This document shows, piece by piece, positions 27,200 to 40,426 of a stretch of DNA of 64,000 nt. A program made the translations under genes and the position numbers. This DNA comes from Eledone cirrhosa (lineage: Eukaryota). The stretch spans positions 52,700,001-52,764,000 of the forward strand of contig OZ024742.1 of NCBI GenBank assembly GCA_964016885.1, written 5' to 3'. The notes beneath the pieces are model-generated. The model did no database searches, was not told where the DNA came from, and saw only the letters and a list, made by a program, of their open reading frames with translations. Each line of letters opens with the position of its first letter. Position 1 is the stretch's first letter.

Positions 27200-28635
27200 A
27201 CATGTGTGTGTGTGTGTGTGTATGTGTGTGTTTGTGTGTGAGCATATATGGGTGGGTGTATATATTTGAGATATTTCGTAGTGAAGTACTGAATACGTGA
27301 AGACATTCAGTCTGAATTGCATTTTGTCTCATAGTCGGAAAAGCAAAACAGCAATCTCATAGTAATTGTTAAAGAAATAGCAAAACGGGGTTCATTTCAA
27401 GGAATCAGAAATTAATTCTATTGTAAATTTAATTTTGCGTCATAGGTTTAAAAATAGGCGGTTGTCGGTAAGGAATATAATAGTTTCAGACATGCTTTAG
27501 TATATTAGATATCATTAGCTAAGAATATGTATATAATAGGCGTTCATCATTAAAAGTAAATATATTTATAACGTATATTTGGTCTGTCTAATTTGCAAAC
27601 TTTCATGAGTTTAGGCAAATAATGTGAGCAAAGACATATCTTAAATGTATAATTTAATTAATTTAGTTACGTGATTTCATCTCCGATGACGCACGTAAAA
27701 TTTTATAAATGAATTGAAAATTAACTTCTATCTGATGAAAGGAGATTAAAAGCTGGAGATAGTTTTCTGTGACTCTCGAAAAAAAGAGAACATTTCAAGA
27801 AATTGATTATTAATTTTCATGCGTGGTGAAAAACTATGTCCTTTGTTAGCACTTAAGCTGACTGTCACAGGCATATTTGAGGGTTGTTAAACCTCATCAG
27901 GTTTTCTACATGTTGCGTTTGCATAAAATGCTTCTTCTTCTTCTTCTTCTTCTTCTTCTTCTTCTTCTTCTTCTTCTTCTTCTTCTTCTTCTTCTTCTTC
28001 TTCTTCTTCTTCTTCTTCGCCCACTTATTCCTGAGAGGTTCGTGGGGGAAGAGTCCTCAAACACTCCCTCCAGCGGGACAAAAGCAAATGTCTCCAACTG
28101 ATCCGGGGTCTATCCTTGGCTCTCTTGCCGGTTGGTTTTGCCCGTAAAATCTCTCCAGGGCAAAACCAACTGCATAAAATTCTGTTTTACTGTATTTTAT
28201 ATTCGTTTGTATTTCTTTTCTTGTTTCTAAGCTTTTATATATTTTATTTACCAGATAATTGAAAACTACTATGAAGAGACAAATGGGAATTTATGTATAA
28301 TATACATTGAAAGAAACATTATATTACACAACACTTTGATGCGTTTGTATAGTATAACAAATGTGTATAACAAAAAAATCAAATTAAGACAATATGTAGA
28401 AGTGAAATGCTGACGTGATTTACACACGTGTCAAAATTAAGCAAAACGTAATGTGGTGTCCTAATAAATTACAATATAATAACATAGATGATTGAAAAAA
28501 TAAAACATAATTAAATTATTGCCTAGAAAGAATTTTTGCGTTCACAAAAGTAGTACGCTTGCTTTCAATTACCATGGTGACAAAATATATTTTATAACAA
28601 GAACGGGAGCGAAGGACAGTTATGTATTTTTTATC

Positions 28636-29554
<919 letters not shown>

Positions 29555-29694
29555 CTGTGTGTGTGTGTTTTATATATATATATATAAGAAAACGAGGTTT
29601 TTTTAAATGAAAAAAACGAGATGTCCTACACGAGTGAAATTATACATGCATACATACATATATGCATACATACATCTATATATACACACACATA

Positions 29695-29725
<31 letters not shown>

Positions 29726-30275
29726 AGGTAAGTTATTCCGGGTTGAATCCGGGTTGAAAGTATATATACGTACATATATATAACAACATATTAATAGTTA
29801 CGCACATTCGTGTACATATGCTGTAACACATTCATTATATATCGTATAAAATATGCATTTGGGACAGAGACGCGCACACAGACACACACTACACAAATAT
29901 TTTCACACCCTCTGGTGTCAATATAACCAACACCATTACTAAGTCCCATATAAAAGATGCATTCAAATGCAAAAATGACAATATACATTCATGCACACAC
30001 ACATATGCACAAATACATACATACATACATGCATACATACATACATACATACATACATACATACATACATACATACATACATACATACATACATACATAC
30101 ATACATACATGCATATGTACATACATACATGTTTACATACATGCATGCATATATATATATACAGACATACCTTCAGTTATTCTCTCATACATACATGCAT
30201 ATATATGTACATATATATATATATATATATGCATATTTACACATACACTCATATATATAATACATACATACATAC

Positions 30276-30924
30276 ATGGTGGCTGCCAACACGTTTTCGA
30301 GTACGGCCACTATTTTATATCCATGTAGGAGAACCCCTACCGATGCGCTGAACGAGTGTGGCTTTTTAGTCCAGCCAGCGACTTGAAAACTCTGGTACAA
30401 ACACTACACTTGTGACAATTATTGACACCTAGTGCTGGGCCCATGGCACCATGTGACCCAAGGTGTCGTGTGAGATCACTACTCGACCTGCATACCCTTC
30501 CACAAACATCACATGTCATCGTCTGATGAACACTTATAGCCCCACAGGTGCCTGCTTCCCTGTTCTTGTGCACTCTCAGGTGACTCTTTAGACCTGCCAT
30601 GCTCAGACAAACCCTATTACAGGTCTCACATGTCAGGTCAGGCCGTCTGTCAGTGCCTTCGGGAAGGCCAACATGGATTCCTTTCCGGACATCTCTTTTT
30701 AGTGTCGCGTGCCTTCTTCTTGTTTCCTCAAATAGACTCTTGCCACCAGCCACTGCTTTCCTCCACTGCGATCGGTCGCTAGCGCATGCTTCCCAGTGCT
30801 CACAAGGGATGTTACTTTTCTTGAGTGCCTCCTTGATGCAGTCCTTAAAACGCATCATGGGTTTGCTCGCGTTCCTTTTTCCCATTTGGAGCTCGCCATA
30901 AAGCAGCTGCTTCGGCATTCGCAT
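30276..30924 (-). mobile_element. 3' end of an RTE-clade LINE encoding three C2H2 zinc fingers, with a (TGTA)n tail
   Basis: [29 protein letters not shown] (RTE C-terminus), then CETC..HLRVH, CDVC..HLGSH, CSVC..HTRSAH. ORF 30337-30924. Confidence 0.88.
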
Positions 30925-30933
30925 ATATATATG

Positions 30934-31020
<87 letters not shown>

Positions 31021-31033
31021 ATATATATATATG

Positions 31034-31128
<95 letters not shown>

Positions 31129-31393
31129 ATATATATAGTATTAAGGATACTATTTATGGTTATGTATATACTAAAACCTTTTATAGTTATATATATTTTA
31201 AACCCTAAATAGTGAAAGACAGTAATTTATTACTACCTTATTACCAGTAAGATAAATAGCTCAATGTAATAACATCATTGCCATGCTAAATATTATAATG
31301 GATGTCAACCCACTATGCATCAATATATACATATGTTTCTGTATGTCTCTTGTGTTGAAAGGGAGGTCATGTATGTAAACAATCATTGAAAAA

Positions 31394-31443
31394 TTTCTCC
31401 GAAGACTCCAAACCTCGGTTTGGAAGAAACAATTGTAAGCGAA
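31394..31443 (+). ncRNA. Degenerate minimal hammerhead in a TA-flanked PLE-type tail (about 31137-31503)
   Basis: CT-CCGAAGA-(C)TCCAAACC/GGTTTGGA(A)-GAAAC-AATT-GTA-AG. U4C change and weak stem I. Confidence 0.55.
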
Positions 31444-31581
31444 TAAATGGTTTAAACAGAACTTTGATTCATGTAATTTCTATGTAATTTCTATATAATT
31501 TCTATATATATATATATATATTTACATACATATATATATATATATATACATACATATATATATATACATACATATATATAC

Positions 31582-31616
<35 letters not shown>

Positions 31617-31628
31617 CATACATATATA

Positions 31629-31669
<41 letters not shown>

Positions 31670-31791
31670 ATACATACATATATATATATATATATACATA
31701 CATATAATATATACATACATATATACATACATACATACATACAAACATACATACATACATACATACATACATACATACATACATACATACA

Positions 31792-31825
<34 letters not shown>

Positions 31826-31830
31826 CATAC

Positions 31831-32437
31831 ATGGTGGCTGCCAACTCGTTTTCGAGTACGGCCACTACTTTATATCCATGTAGGAGAACACCTACCGATG
31901 CGCTGACGAGTGTGACTTTTTAGTCCAGCCAGTGACTTGAAAACTCTGGTACAAACACTAAACTTGTGACAATTATTGACGCAGTGCTGGGCCCATGGTA
32001 CCATGTGACGACAAGCGCAGAGAGATCTCCAGATATAAGGCAATGCCTGTGCCGTGAAGCTTTTATAGTGAGCAAAGGCACTGCACAAAGCCAGTCCCAC
32101 TCTCTTAACCAAGATGATATTTACCAAAAAGAAGAACAAGTCAACATCATTGGATACCATCAGGGTTGCAGGTGTTATATCAGAGTTTTCCTTCTCCTAG
32201 AATTCTGCCCTGACAAAGGCTAAGGGGTCATCTCTCCCGGTGATTTTGGATGGCCATTGACTCTTAAGAGCTCCTTTGCCCTTTGACAGGTTTTGTTTTT
32301 AATCCTGCAGGATGTCCAAAGTCACCCTCCTCACCAAGAAACCTTGGTGGGGTTGCCAGTTTAGTTGCCAACGACTCGACCATGGGACAGGTTGTACTGG
32401 AATACATGTTACCAGTAGCACCAAGTGGTGACCTGAC
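31831..32437 (-). mobile_element. Non-autonomous RTE-derived element of about 600 bp, copy 1
   Basis: The last roughly 180 bp match the RTE end at 30276-30456. The 5' part has the RTE-5'UTR-like motif GGAGAAGGAAAACTCTGA. (TACA)n flanks. Confidence 0.85.
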
Positions 32438-32467
32438 ATATACATACATACATACATACATACATAC

Positions 32468-32498
<31 letters not shown>

Positions 32499-33499
32499 CA
32501 TGCATGCACGCGAGCGCGCACACACTTCAAACGATCTCGAAACTGCCATAGAAGAGTGATGAAAAAGTAAGAACCACCAACATCATCATCATCATCATCA
32601 TCACCATCACCACCACCACCATCTTCACCACCACCATCTTCACCAAGAAGAAAATACATATAAAGAAAAAAGATAATGTATCTAAGAAATACTATATTCT
32701 TAAGGTAAGAGAAAGGCTTCCTTATATTAGATACATGATTGGTATTTTATTTTAGCAATCCCAGAAGAGTGAAAAAACAAAAATGAATTTAGAGGGATTT
32801 GATATCAGAAAATAATGAACTGTAAATAAATACCGTTAGGCATTTTGTTCACATTATAATGATTTTGCCAATATACCGTTTTTGTAAGCAATAATAAAAT
32901 ATATAATGTAAAATAGAATGAAATAAAATGGAATAAAAGAGAAATTCGTTAATGACGAAATCTTTAAAAACAAAACCATAAAAGGAAAAAAAATAACAAA
33001 AGAATAAAGCTAGGAAATACTATATACTTAAGGTAAGTGAAAGGCTTCCGTTTATCAAATAAACTTAGCGTTGGTGAAATACAGGAAAAAATGGCGAAGA
33101 AAATTAAACAATAGATTGTGTAATAGCCTCTTGTAGCAATTAGAATATCTTCAGTATGGAAAAGAATAGCATATATGTAAAGAAAAGAATAGCATATATG
33201 TAGAAGTCGATGTAAAGTAGGGTATATAATACATGCAAGTATAATACATGCATGGTATGTTGATGGAGGAGGATGGAGAAAACATTATATAAATTCATTC
33301 TGTAGTTGTTGTCATTATTATCGCTAAATTATCATCAGCATCAGCAGCATCATCATAATTGTCAAACTAGTAAGAATATAATTGCATCAAATAAAATACC
33401 AGCGTCGTACAACTCCTCCCCAAGCCTCAACCCCACACCAATATCACGAAAATCACCATCACTACCACCAACACCACCATCATCAAAGCTAAAGTCCAT

Positions 33500-33650
33500 T
33501 CGACGTACTTCCAAACAATTTCCGTCTGCCAAATTTTACTGACAAGGTATGGATCGAACCGGGGTTATGATAAATAACACTTGTCCAAGATATCAGGCAG
33601 TGGAACCAAATTCAGGAACCAATTATTGTGAAACGAACTTCCTTACCATT
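33500..33650 (-). mobile_element. Degenerate copy of the third SINE family (see 49645)
   Basis: Similar to the reverse complement of 49645-49765. Confidence 0.45.
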
Positions 33651-34817
33651 CGTCCATTTTCCGTCTGAAAATATTGAGTGGTGAAATAATTAAAGGCAGT
33701 TGAAATAAGGAAATGAAACTAAACATAATCTTGCTAGATAAGAAAATAAAGAACAAATTATATTTCTATGATGATAACTGTATTTCTTGGATGATTCTAG
33801 GGTCTTTGTAAACATGAGAATTTGATTTAACTGAAATGTTTTTGCTTGTAAATGTTTACATTATGGCTATCACTTCACTAAATTAGAAAATAGAAAATAA
33901 AGATTTTATATCGTTTTATCCTAGGGGGATTCCCAAAGATATTTCCTCATAATTTTCTCGTTAAAAAAAAGTAAAACGGCAAATATCCCTAGCTAATATT
34001 ATTTACACCCGACACCCAATCTCTAGTGGAAGGCACGAAGAGTCACTATGATCGAGCCAATTGCAAAGTAACTGAGGGTGACTCTTCTGCCAAAATACGT
34101 GTGTTGGCTTCAAACGACACTATCCTCCGGCCCACAACGCAGGTCCCAGCTGGTCTCCAATACCAGAGAAACCAAAATTTCTGTTGAGTATGTCTGCTTC
34201 GGCCAATTAATTCTCTATCGAATAATCTCATGTAAGCCAACACCATCTACCATGTCCGTGGTCTTTTCTTTTCTCTTTCGGCCATCTGACTGCAATGAAA
34301 AAGAATGACTGAGATATCCAACCAATTGAACTGGTAAACACCATTCTATGAATCGCGGCCGACGTGGCTTGCAAGTCATAGGATCTAAGCAATTAACTCC
34401 GCTCTGTTCAACTCGGAGTAGATGTTAAATGTTGATGTGAGGAAGCATTTGAGTAAATGCGGGTAATCAGTTTTTATCTTTAGCGAAATTGGTTATGAAA
34501 TAAAACGATCTTCCTCGTGAGAAATACACGTCTATAAATCGCAAATTGTATCAACTTTTAATCTATGTGGATTGAAACAAACACACACCTAACGTACACA
34601 ATAGCATTTAATCCTGTAACCTGGAGGTCAAAATTATTGCATCTTGCTCATTCAACTACAAAATGGTGCAGCTTTATTTAGCAGATGTATAGTTTGTGTA
34701 ATTAAAACAAAATACTTCTAATGAATATTCTATTGTTTTTATTTAGATGAAAATTCTTCTTCTTCTTCTTCTTCTTCTTCTTCTTCTTCTTCTTCTTCTT
34801 CTTCTCATGCCACATAA

Positions 34818-35023
34818 TGGTTTCTTACATAGGCATAAGGCCATCAAATTTGGGGGAGGGAAATTTCGACCCCAGTGCGTGACTGGTACTTTTTAATCGA
34901 CCCCGTAAGGATGAAAGATAAAGTTAACCTTGGCGGTATTTGAACTCAGATCATAAAGGGCCATAACTCTATGCTACAAAGCATGAGGTCCGACCCTCTA
35001 CCGATACTGCGAATCCACCGCCC
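34818..35023 (-). mobile_element. tRNA-derived SINE (dominant family variant)
   Basis: Conserved head and body. Confidence 0.85.
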
Positions 35024-35126
35024 TCATTTCATGCCATATAATGCCTGATGGTTGGCAAATATGTAATAAAAAGTCCTGGCGTATGCGTATGTATGAATGT
35101 ATGTATGTATATCATTATCATTCATT

Positions 35127-35370
35127 AGGACGGTGGATTTGCAGTATCAGTAGAGCGTCGGACAACATGCTTTGCGGCATATAGTTACATCATTTTACGT
35201 TCTGGGTTTAAATCCAGCCGAGGTTAGCTTTGCTTTCCATCCCTACAGGATCGATAAAATAAAGCACCAGTGATGCACTGGGTTCGATTTAAGTGACTTT
35301 CTCTTCCACCTCACCCCTACCCCCACCAAAAGAAAATTGTTGGCCTTATACCTAAACCAGAAAACATCGT
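35127..35370 (+). mobile_element. tRNA-derived SINE (dominant family, divergent), head-to-head with the previous copy
   Basis: GGACGGTGGATTTGCAGTATCAGTAGAG head, GATAAAATAAAGCACCAG body, GGCCTTATACCTAAACCAGAAA tail. Confidence 0.8.
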
Positions 35371-35627
35371 TCATCAACATGTTTTTTTTTCATACACAGA
35401 GTTTCATTTGCAAGGCTTTATAACAAATACTTTCCCAGGGACAACCGTATGGAGGGGAAGTTAGTTTAAATAGCTTAGATGTTACGTTTACCTGGAGCAG
35501 TTAACATAGGAGATAAACTAAACTCCATTAAATTCTCTGTGTTGATGTTATAGCATAATATTCTGCAATGTACACGAACGGTTGTACAATACTTTGACAG
35601 GTATCTACGAGATCACGCGAACACATC

Positions 35628-35645
35628 TGTCTTTATCTCATTCTC

Positions 35646-35719
<74 letters not shown>

Positions 35720-35920
35720 CTTCCTCTTTCACTCTCCTCTCTCTCTCTTCCTCTATCTCTCTCTTCCTCTATCTCTCTCTTCCTCTATCTCTCTCTTCCC
35801 GTCTCTCTCTTCTTTTCTCTCTTCTTCTCTCTCTTCCCATCTCTCTCTTCCCATCTCTCTCTTCCGCTCTCTCTCTCCCCTCCTCTCTCTCTCTCTCTCT
35901 TCTCTCCTCTCTCTCACTCT
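35628..35920. repeat. (CT)n polypyrimidine microsatellite
   Basis: Simple repeat read directly. Confidence 0.95.
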
Positions 35921-36394
35921 ATCGTTTTCTCAGAATTTTCTCTGAAGCAGATACAGCAGCAACAGCAACAACAACGACAACAACAACAGCAACACCAGCA
36001 ACAACATGAGTAACCACAACAGCAGCAATAGCCTCGATAAAGCAGGAGTTATAGAAACTTCAAATGGACTCTTATGTTGATACAGTAAAATATTCCATGA
36101 AATATCAATAGCCATGTCAGAGAAAGACTCAGAATGATTGGATCATATACGAACATTTAAAGAAATATATAACAACGATAACAGCGACAACAAACAAACA
36201 AGAAAGTAAACAACAATAAAGTAGACAAAAAAATGATAAATACATTAAATGGATCGGTTTCACTTGGTTAGGTTGTTTGTTTTATATTTTATATGTATCT
36301 TAGATTCTTTTTCTTCATTATCATCATCATCCTCATTATCTTCTTCTTCTTCTTCTATATATATATGCATGTTTGTGAATATATTAGTATGTAC

Positions 36395-36458
<64 letters not shown>

Positions 36459-37944
36459 GTGTATTTATCTTCTTCCCCTTCTTCGTCTTCTTCTTCTTCG
36501 TCTTCTTCTTATCATCATCATCGCCATCATCATCATTATCATTGTTGTCGTTATTTTCGTTGCTATGCTATTTCCAGTATATGTGCTGTGTTTACACAAA
36601 CGATCTATTTGATTTGGCAGATCTCCTCACCGAAATGTCTATAGGTTCAAATCCTAGTTAACAACAAGTGAGCAAAATTAATCTGATTTGCATGATGCCA
36701 GGGAATCGATAGGAAGGCAATAAAGAACTGCCAATCATATCACTGATGATTGCCAGTGACAAAGGATTAGAGCAAATATTTGACAACATAATTGATTTGG
36801 CTCTGTGCCACCGAACTCTTCTCAATAGCAATGAAAATATTATCATTTTGCTCTCAATACTTGCACTTATCTAAGACAGAAACGTGAGCATTCACTGCCA
36901 CGAGATGAGATAGAACGGTGGCTGCCATTGATTAAGCTACAAACATTGTATATATTTATACATTGTGATAGGAGCATTTCAGAGTTCAGGAAAACGCTCA
37001 TATTCATATATCTGTACAGGATAATATCATGTGTAACACATTAGATAGATGCAATGAATTGACAGAGCCGTTACCTACATTAGAAGTTAAGTTTCTTTAG
37101 AGTCTGTGTTCAAATCTTGGCAATGTCTTTCATATTTAAACAATTTATAATATAGAGTACCAGCCAAGTACTAGAGGTCGATTTAATTGACTGTTCCTTC
37201 CCCATAGTTTGTTATTTTACCTATATTAGAAATATTTGTTAATGTTAATGATATACAAAATTAAAAATCCTTATATTGACTTTTCTCTCAGTAATAATTT
37301 GAAGAAAAACATTTTGAGGAGGATTGAATTCTCTCAGGCAGTGAATATTCAGAATATATTTCGTATTTAGCTGTGAAGGAGGCGAACTGGCAGAGTCGTT
37401 AGAACCTCTGATGGAATGCTTTGTGTTATTCGTTCTCTACACTTTGACTTCAAATGTCACCAAGGTTAACGTTGCCTTTCATCCTCTCGAAATCGTTAAA
37501 AAGAAAGTACAAGTAATGAGGTTAGATTCTTCCTCTATATCCTTGTCTACTTTCTCACTTATTCTTACACACACTCGCTCACTCTGGAGATATAGGCTTT
37601 GCCAAGTTTAAAGCAAGTCGTGTTTCACTACGATGCTGCTACAACACCAGTGGGTGTTACGGATTATGGAAGCTGACGGTGTTATATAGATTGAGGAAAA
37701 GGTGGTGGATTGGAAGAACCGTTAGAACAGAGTACATAACACTTTGCTGCGTTTAGTTATGTTCTGATTTAACGGTTCAAATACCGACATGTTTCATCAT
37801 ACGGGAGCTTATCACGGTTTTCTTAGCGTTAGGCGACATACATATATTCATTACTGTTGAATTTTGAAGAAGTGTTGTTTACATTAGCATACATTTTACT
37901 GTAGGTCTCACACCCACACACTTTGTGTGTGTGTGTGTGTGTGA

Positions 37945-37993
<49 letters not shown>

Positions 37994-38224
37994 AATATAT
38001 ATATATATATATATATAAAGTAGGCACGCTCATAAAGTATAATCTCACTTTACTTCACGCTATGCAAACTTAATATATTTTATGAATTTATTAAAATATT
38101 TTAAGCCTTACTGAGCAGGTATTTTGGTTTGAAGCCAAACGAAATGAAGTAAGACGCCAACAGTTTCCATTCCCGTTTCACAGCCAAATCTATATCTACA
38201 CAATAAATATATAAAGAAAATATA

Positions 38225-39105
38225 TATATATACAGACGTACAGTAGTATGTATATAGATACATACATGCACACATATATATATATATATGTACGTATGGG
38301 TTTACCGAACATTTATTATAATGTTCGGTTTGTTTGTAAACAAACAGCCCGAATTAAGCCGTACAGTGTTCGGCAACCATCGTTGCCCTTTTGTTCAACG
38401 CTGACAAAGGGACGATGAACTAGTTTCTAGCTTATTAGCTGTCATCAGCACCGTATACTTTCCTTTCAGTCAATTGAACGTTTGAAAGTATATACTTTCC
38501 TTATGCATATTAACGGCTGAGCAGCCTAATTTGCATATCCAGTGAGTTAGTCGGCCGGGCGTACCGAATACGATAAATGGAAAAAATGAAATTTCATTTC
38601 TCACTCTTAGTACGGCTGATACTTAAATATAAGTATGTATACGTACATACATATATGTATACAAACGTACAGTAGTATGTATATACATACATGCACACAT
38701 ATATATATGTACGTATGGGTTTACCGAACATTTATTCAGCCGTTAATATGCATCAGGAAAGTATATACTTTCAAACGTTCAATTGACTGACAGGAAGGTA
38801 TACGGTGCTGATGACAGCTGATAAGCTAGAAACTAGTTCATCGTTCCTTTGTCAGTGTTGAACAAAAAGGCAACGATGGTTGCCGAACAGTGTACGGCTT
38901 AATTCGGGCTGTTTGTTTACAAACAAACCGAGCATTATAATAAATATTCGGTAAATCCATACGTACATATATATAAGTGTGAATATATGTATCTATATAC
39001 ATACTACTGTACATCTGTATACATATATGTATGTACGTATACATACTTATATTTAAGTATCAGCCGTACTAAGAGTGAGAAATGAAATTTCATTTTTTCC
39101 ATATA
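38225..39105. mobile_element. Retrozyme-like element: about 1.2 tandem units of roughly 430 bp on minus (38225-38735) joined to an inverted unit (38736-39105), two HHRs
   Basis: ACGTACAGTAGTATGTAT...GGGTTTACCGAACATT recurs near 38236 and 38666. The right part is the reverse complement of the left. TA-rich flanks. Confidence 0.82.
38802..38844 (+). ncRNA. Minimal type-I hammerhead ribozyme (mirror copy at 38412-38454, minus strand)
   Basis: ACGGTG-CTGATGA-(C)AGCT-GATA-AGCT(A)-GAAAC-TA-GTT-CATCGT, with palindromic ACTAGT. Confidence 0.85.
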
Positions 39106-39154
<49 letters not shown>

Positions 39155-39245
39155 CGAAGGAAATGTGGTAAGGAACCAGGTGGACCATAACGCACCAAAG
39201 TACTCAATACTTGAGGTAGTAGAGTGGGTAATAGGAACCAGTAAG

Positions 39246-39339
39246 ACCCCGACAGCTGAGCTCAAGCCGTTTCGACGGCTAATTCTGGACTAAATGAAAA
39301 TTTATCCTGGTATTTAAATAGCCGATCTTCTCAAGGGGT
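39246..39339 (-). ncRNA. U3-A8 type-I hammerhead in the 3' pLTR (second copy at 43174-43267, plus strand)
   Basis: ACCCC-TTGAGAA-GATCGGCTA..TAGCCGTC-GAAAC-GGCTTGAGCTCAGCT-GTC-GGGGT. Confidence 0.8.
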
Positions 39340-40426
39340 AATTCCATATATGGTCAAAGTGATTGTCAAAAATCAGTAGTAATTCTGTGGTTGCAAATTA
39401 GTAGGGGAGATGGTGGCTAAACCTGCCAGTAGGAGAAAGAGGGGAGGGGGTGGAGTAGACCCAATCAAGCGTTGGTAGTGCCAGCTACAGCTGGGCATGA
39501 GGTCAAAGAAAATACAGGGGAGGGGGAGGGGGAGGAAGTCGGAACGGTAGGTAGAACAATGGGGGGTAGAAATAGGAAAGAAAAAATACTGAGAGTGAAG
39601 AAAAGCAAATAAGTGTAAAGAAAAAAGTAAAGTAAATTAAATTCTACGACCTAGGTGTCAGGCTATTGTTAGGCGAGAATAAAATAAAGAAAGAAAGAAA
39701 GAAGTAAATAAATAAATAAATAAATAAGGAAATAAGTAAGAGAACTAGGTGGGACGGATAAGGCAAGGACCCTTTTAAGAGGTATAAGTACGTAAATGAT
39801 ACGGTGACGGGTCAACAAAAGGGGCCAAAATACTAAAGAGACTACCACGAAATAAACAATAAAGGTTTCCATCCCGGGCCAGCAACGACCCAGTGCAGCA
39901 AAGTGAACTTGTACGAGATAATAATTCTGAGTCCCGAGAAAAATATATACTAATGCTAACTCTAAAAGATCTAAAACAAGCTACATGAAAGTTCGTACGA
40001 AATAAAGGTAGAATACGGAGAAATAAATTCAGAATCCACCCCGCCCAGAAGAAAAGCGAAGCAAGAAATACTGAAACGAAAAAATAAGGCATGTGCCACT
40101 AAGAAATATAGAGGGCACAGAGAATAGTGGGAGCGGTCGGAAAAAGGGGGAAAATATCCGGGGTCTAAGCCAACTGCTATAAAGGGCGGAGTCCGCCAAA
40201 TCTATCAAAGACTAGGGGAGGGGGGTGGGGGTACTAAGGCTACATGGGGCCAAAGGGCCGCCTCGGGTGGGCGAGAAAAGACGCCGACAAAGGAGAAGAG
40301 CTGGGGTAGAAGGACAAAGGAGAGAGGGGGGAAGGAAATAAAGGAAGCGATAAAAGAATACAAAGAAGATCTTACGTCTTCCTTGGCAAGCAGGGGTTAC
40401 CCATTGCAAAATCGGCAACTGGGGTG

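Noticed and set aside
27931-28175. (CTT)n followed by a GC-richer segment with hairpin GGTTTTGCCC/GGGCAAAACC
   Set aside because: May be a retroelement 3' end with an (AAG)n tail, but there is no second copy or motif to support a call.
34020-34440. Unique GC-richer segment with an acceptor-like TTCTTTTTCATTGCAG on the minus strand
   Set aside because: All three frames after the acceptor hit stops quickly and no protein motif was recognised.
39669-40092. Near-identical ORFs at 39669-40092 and 42417-42855
   Set aside because: They come from the inverted pLTR duplication and show no coding signature.
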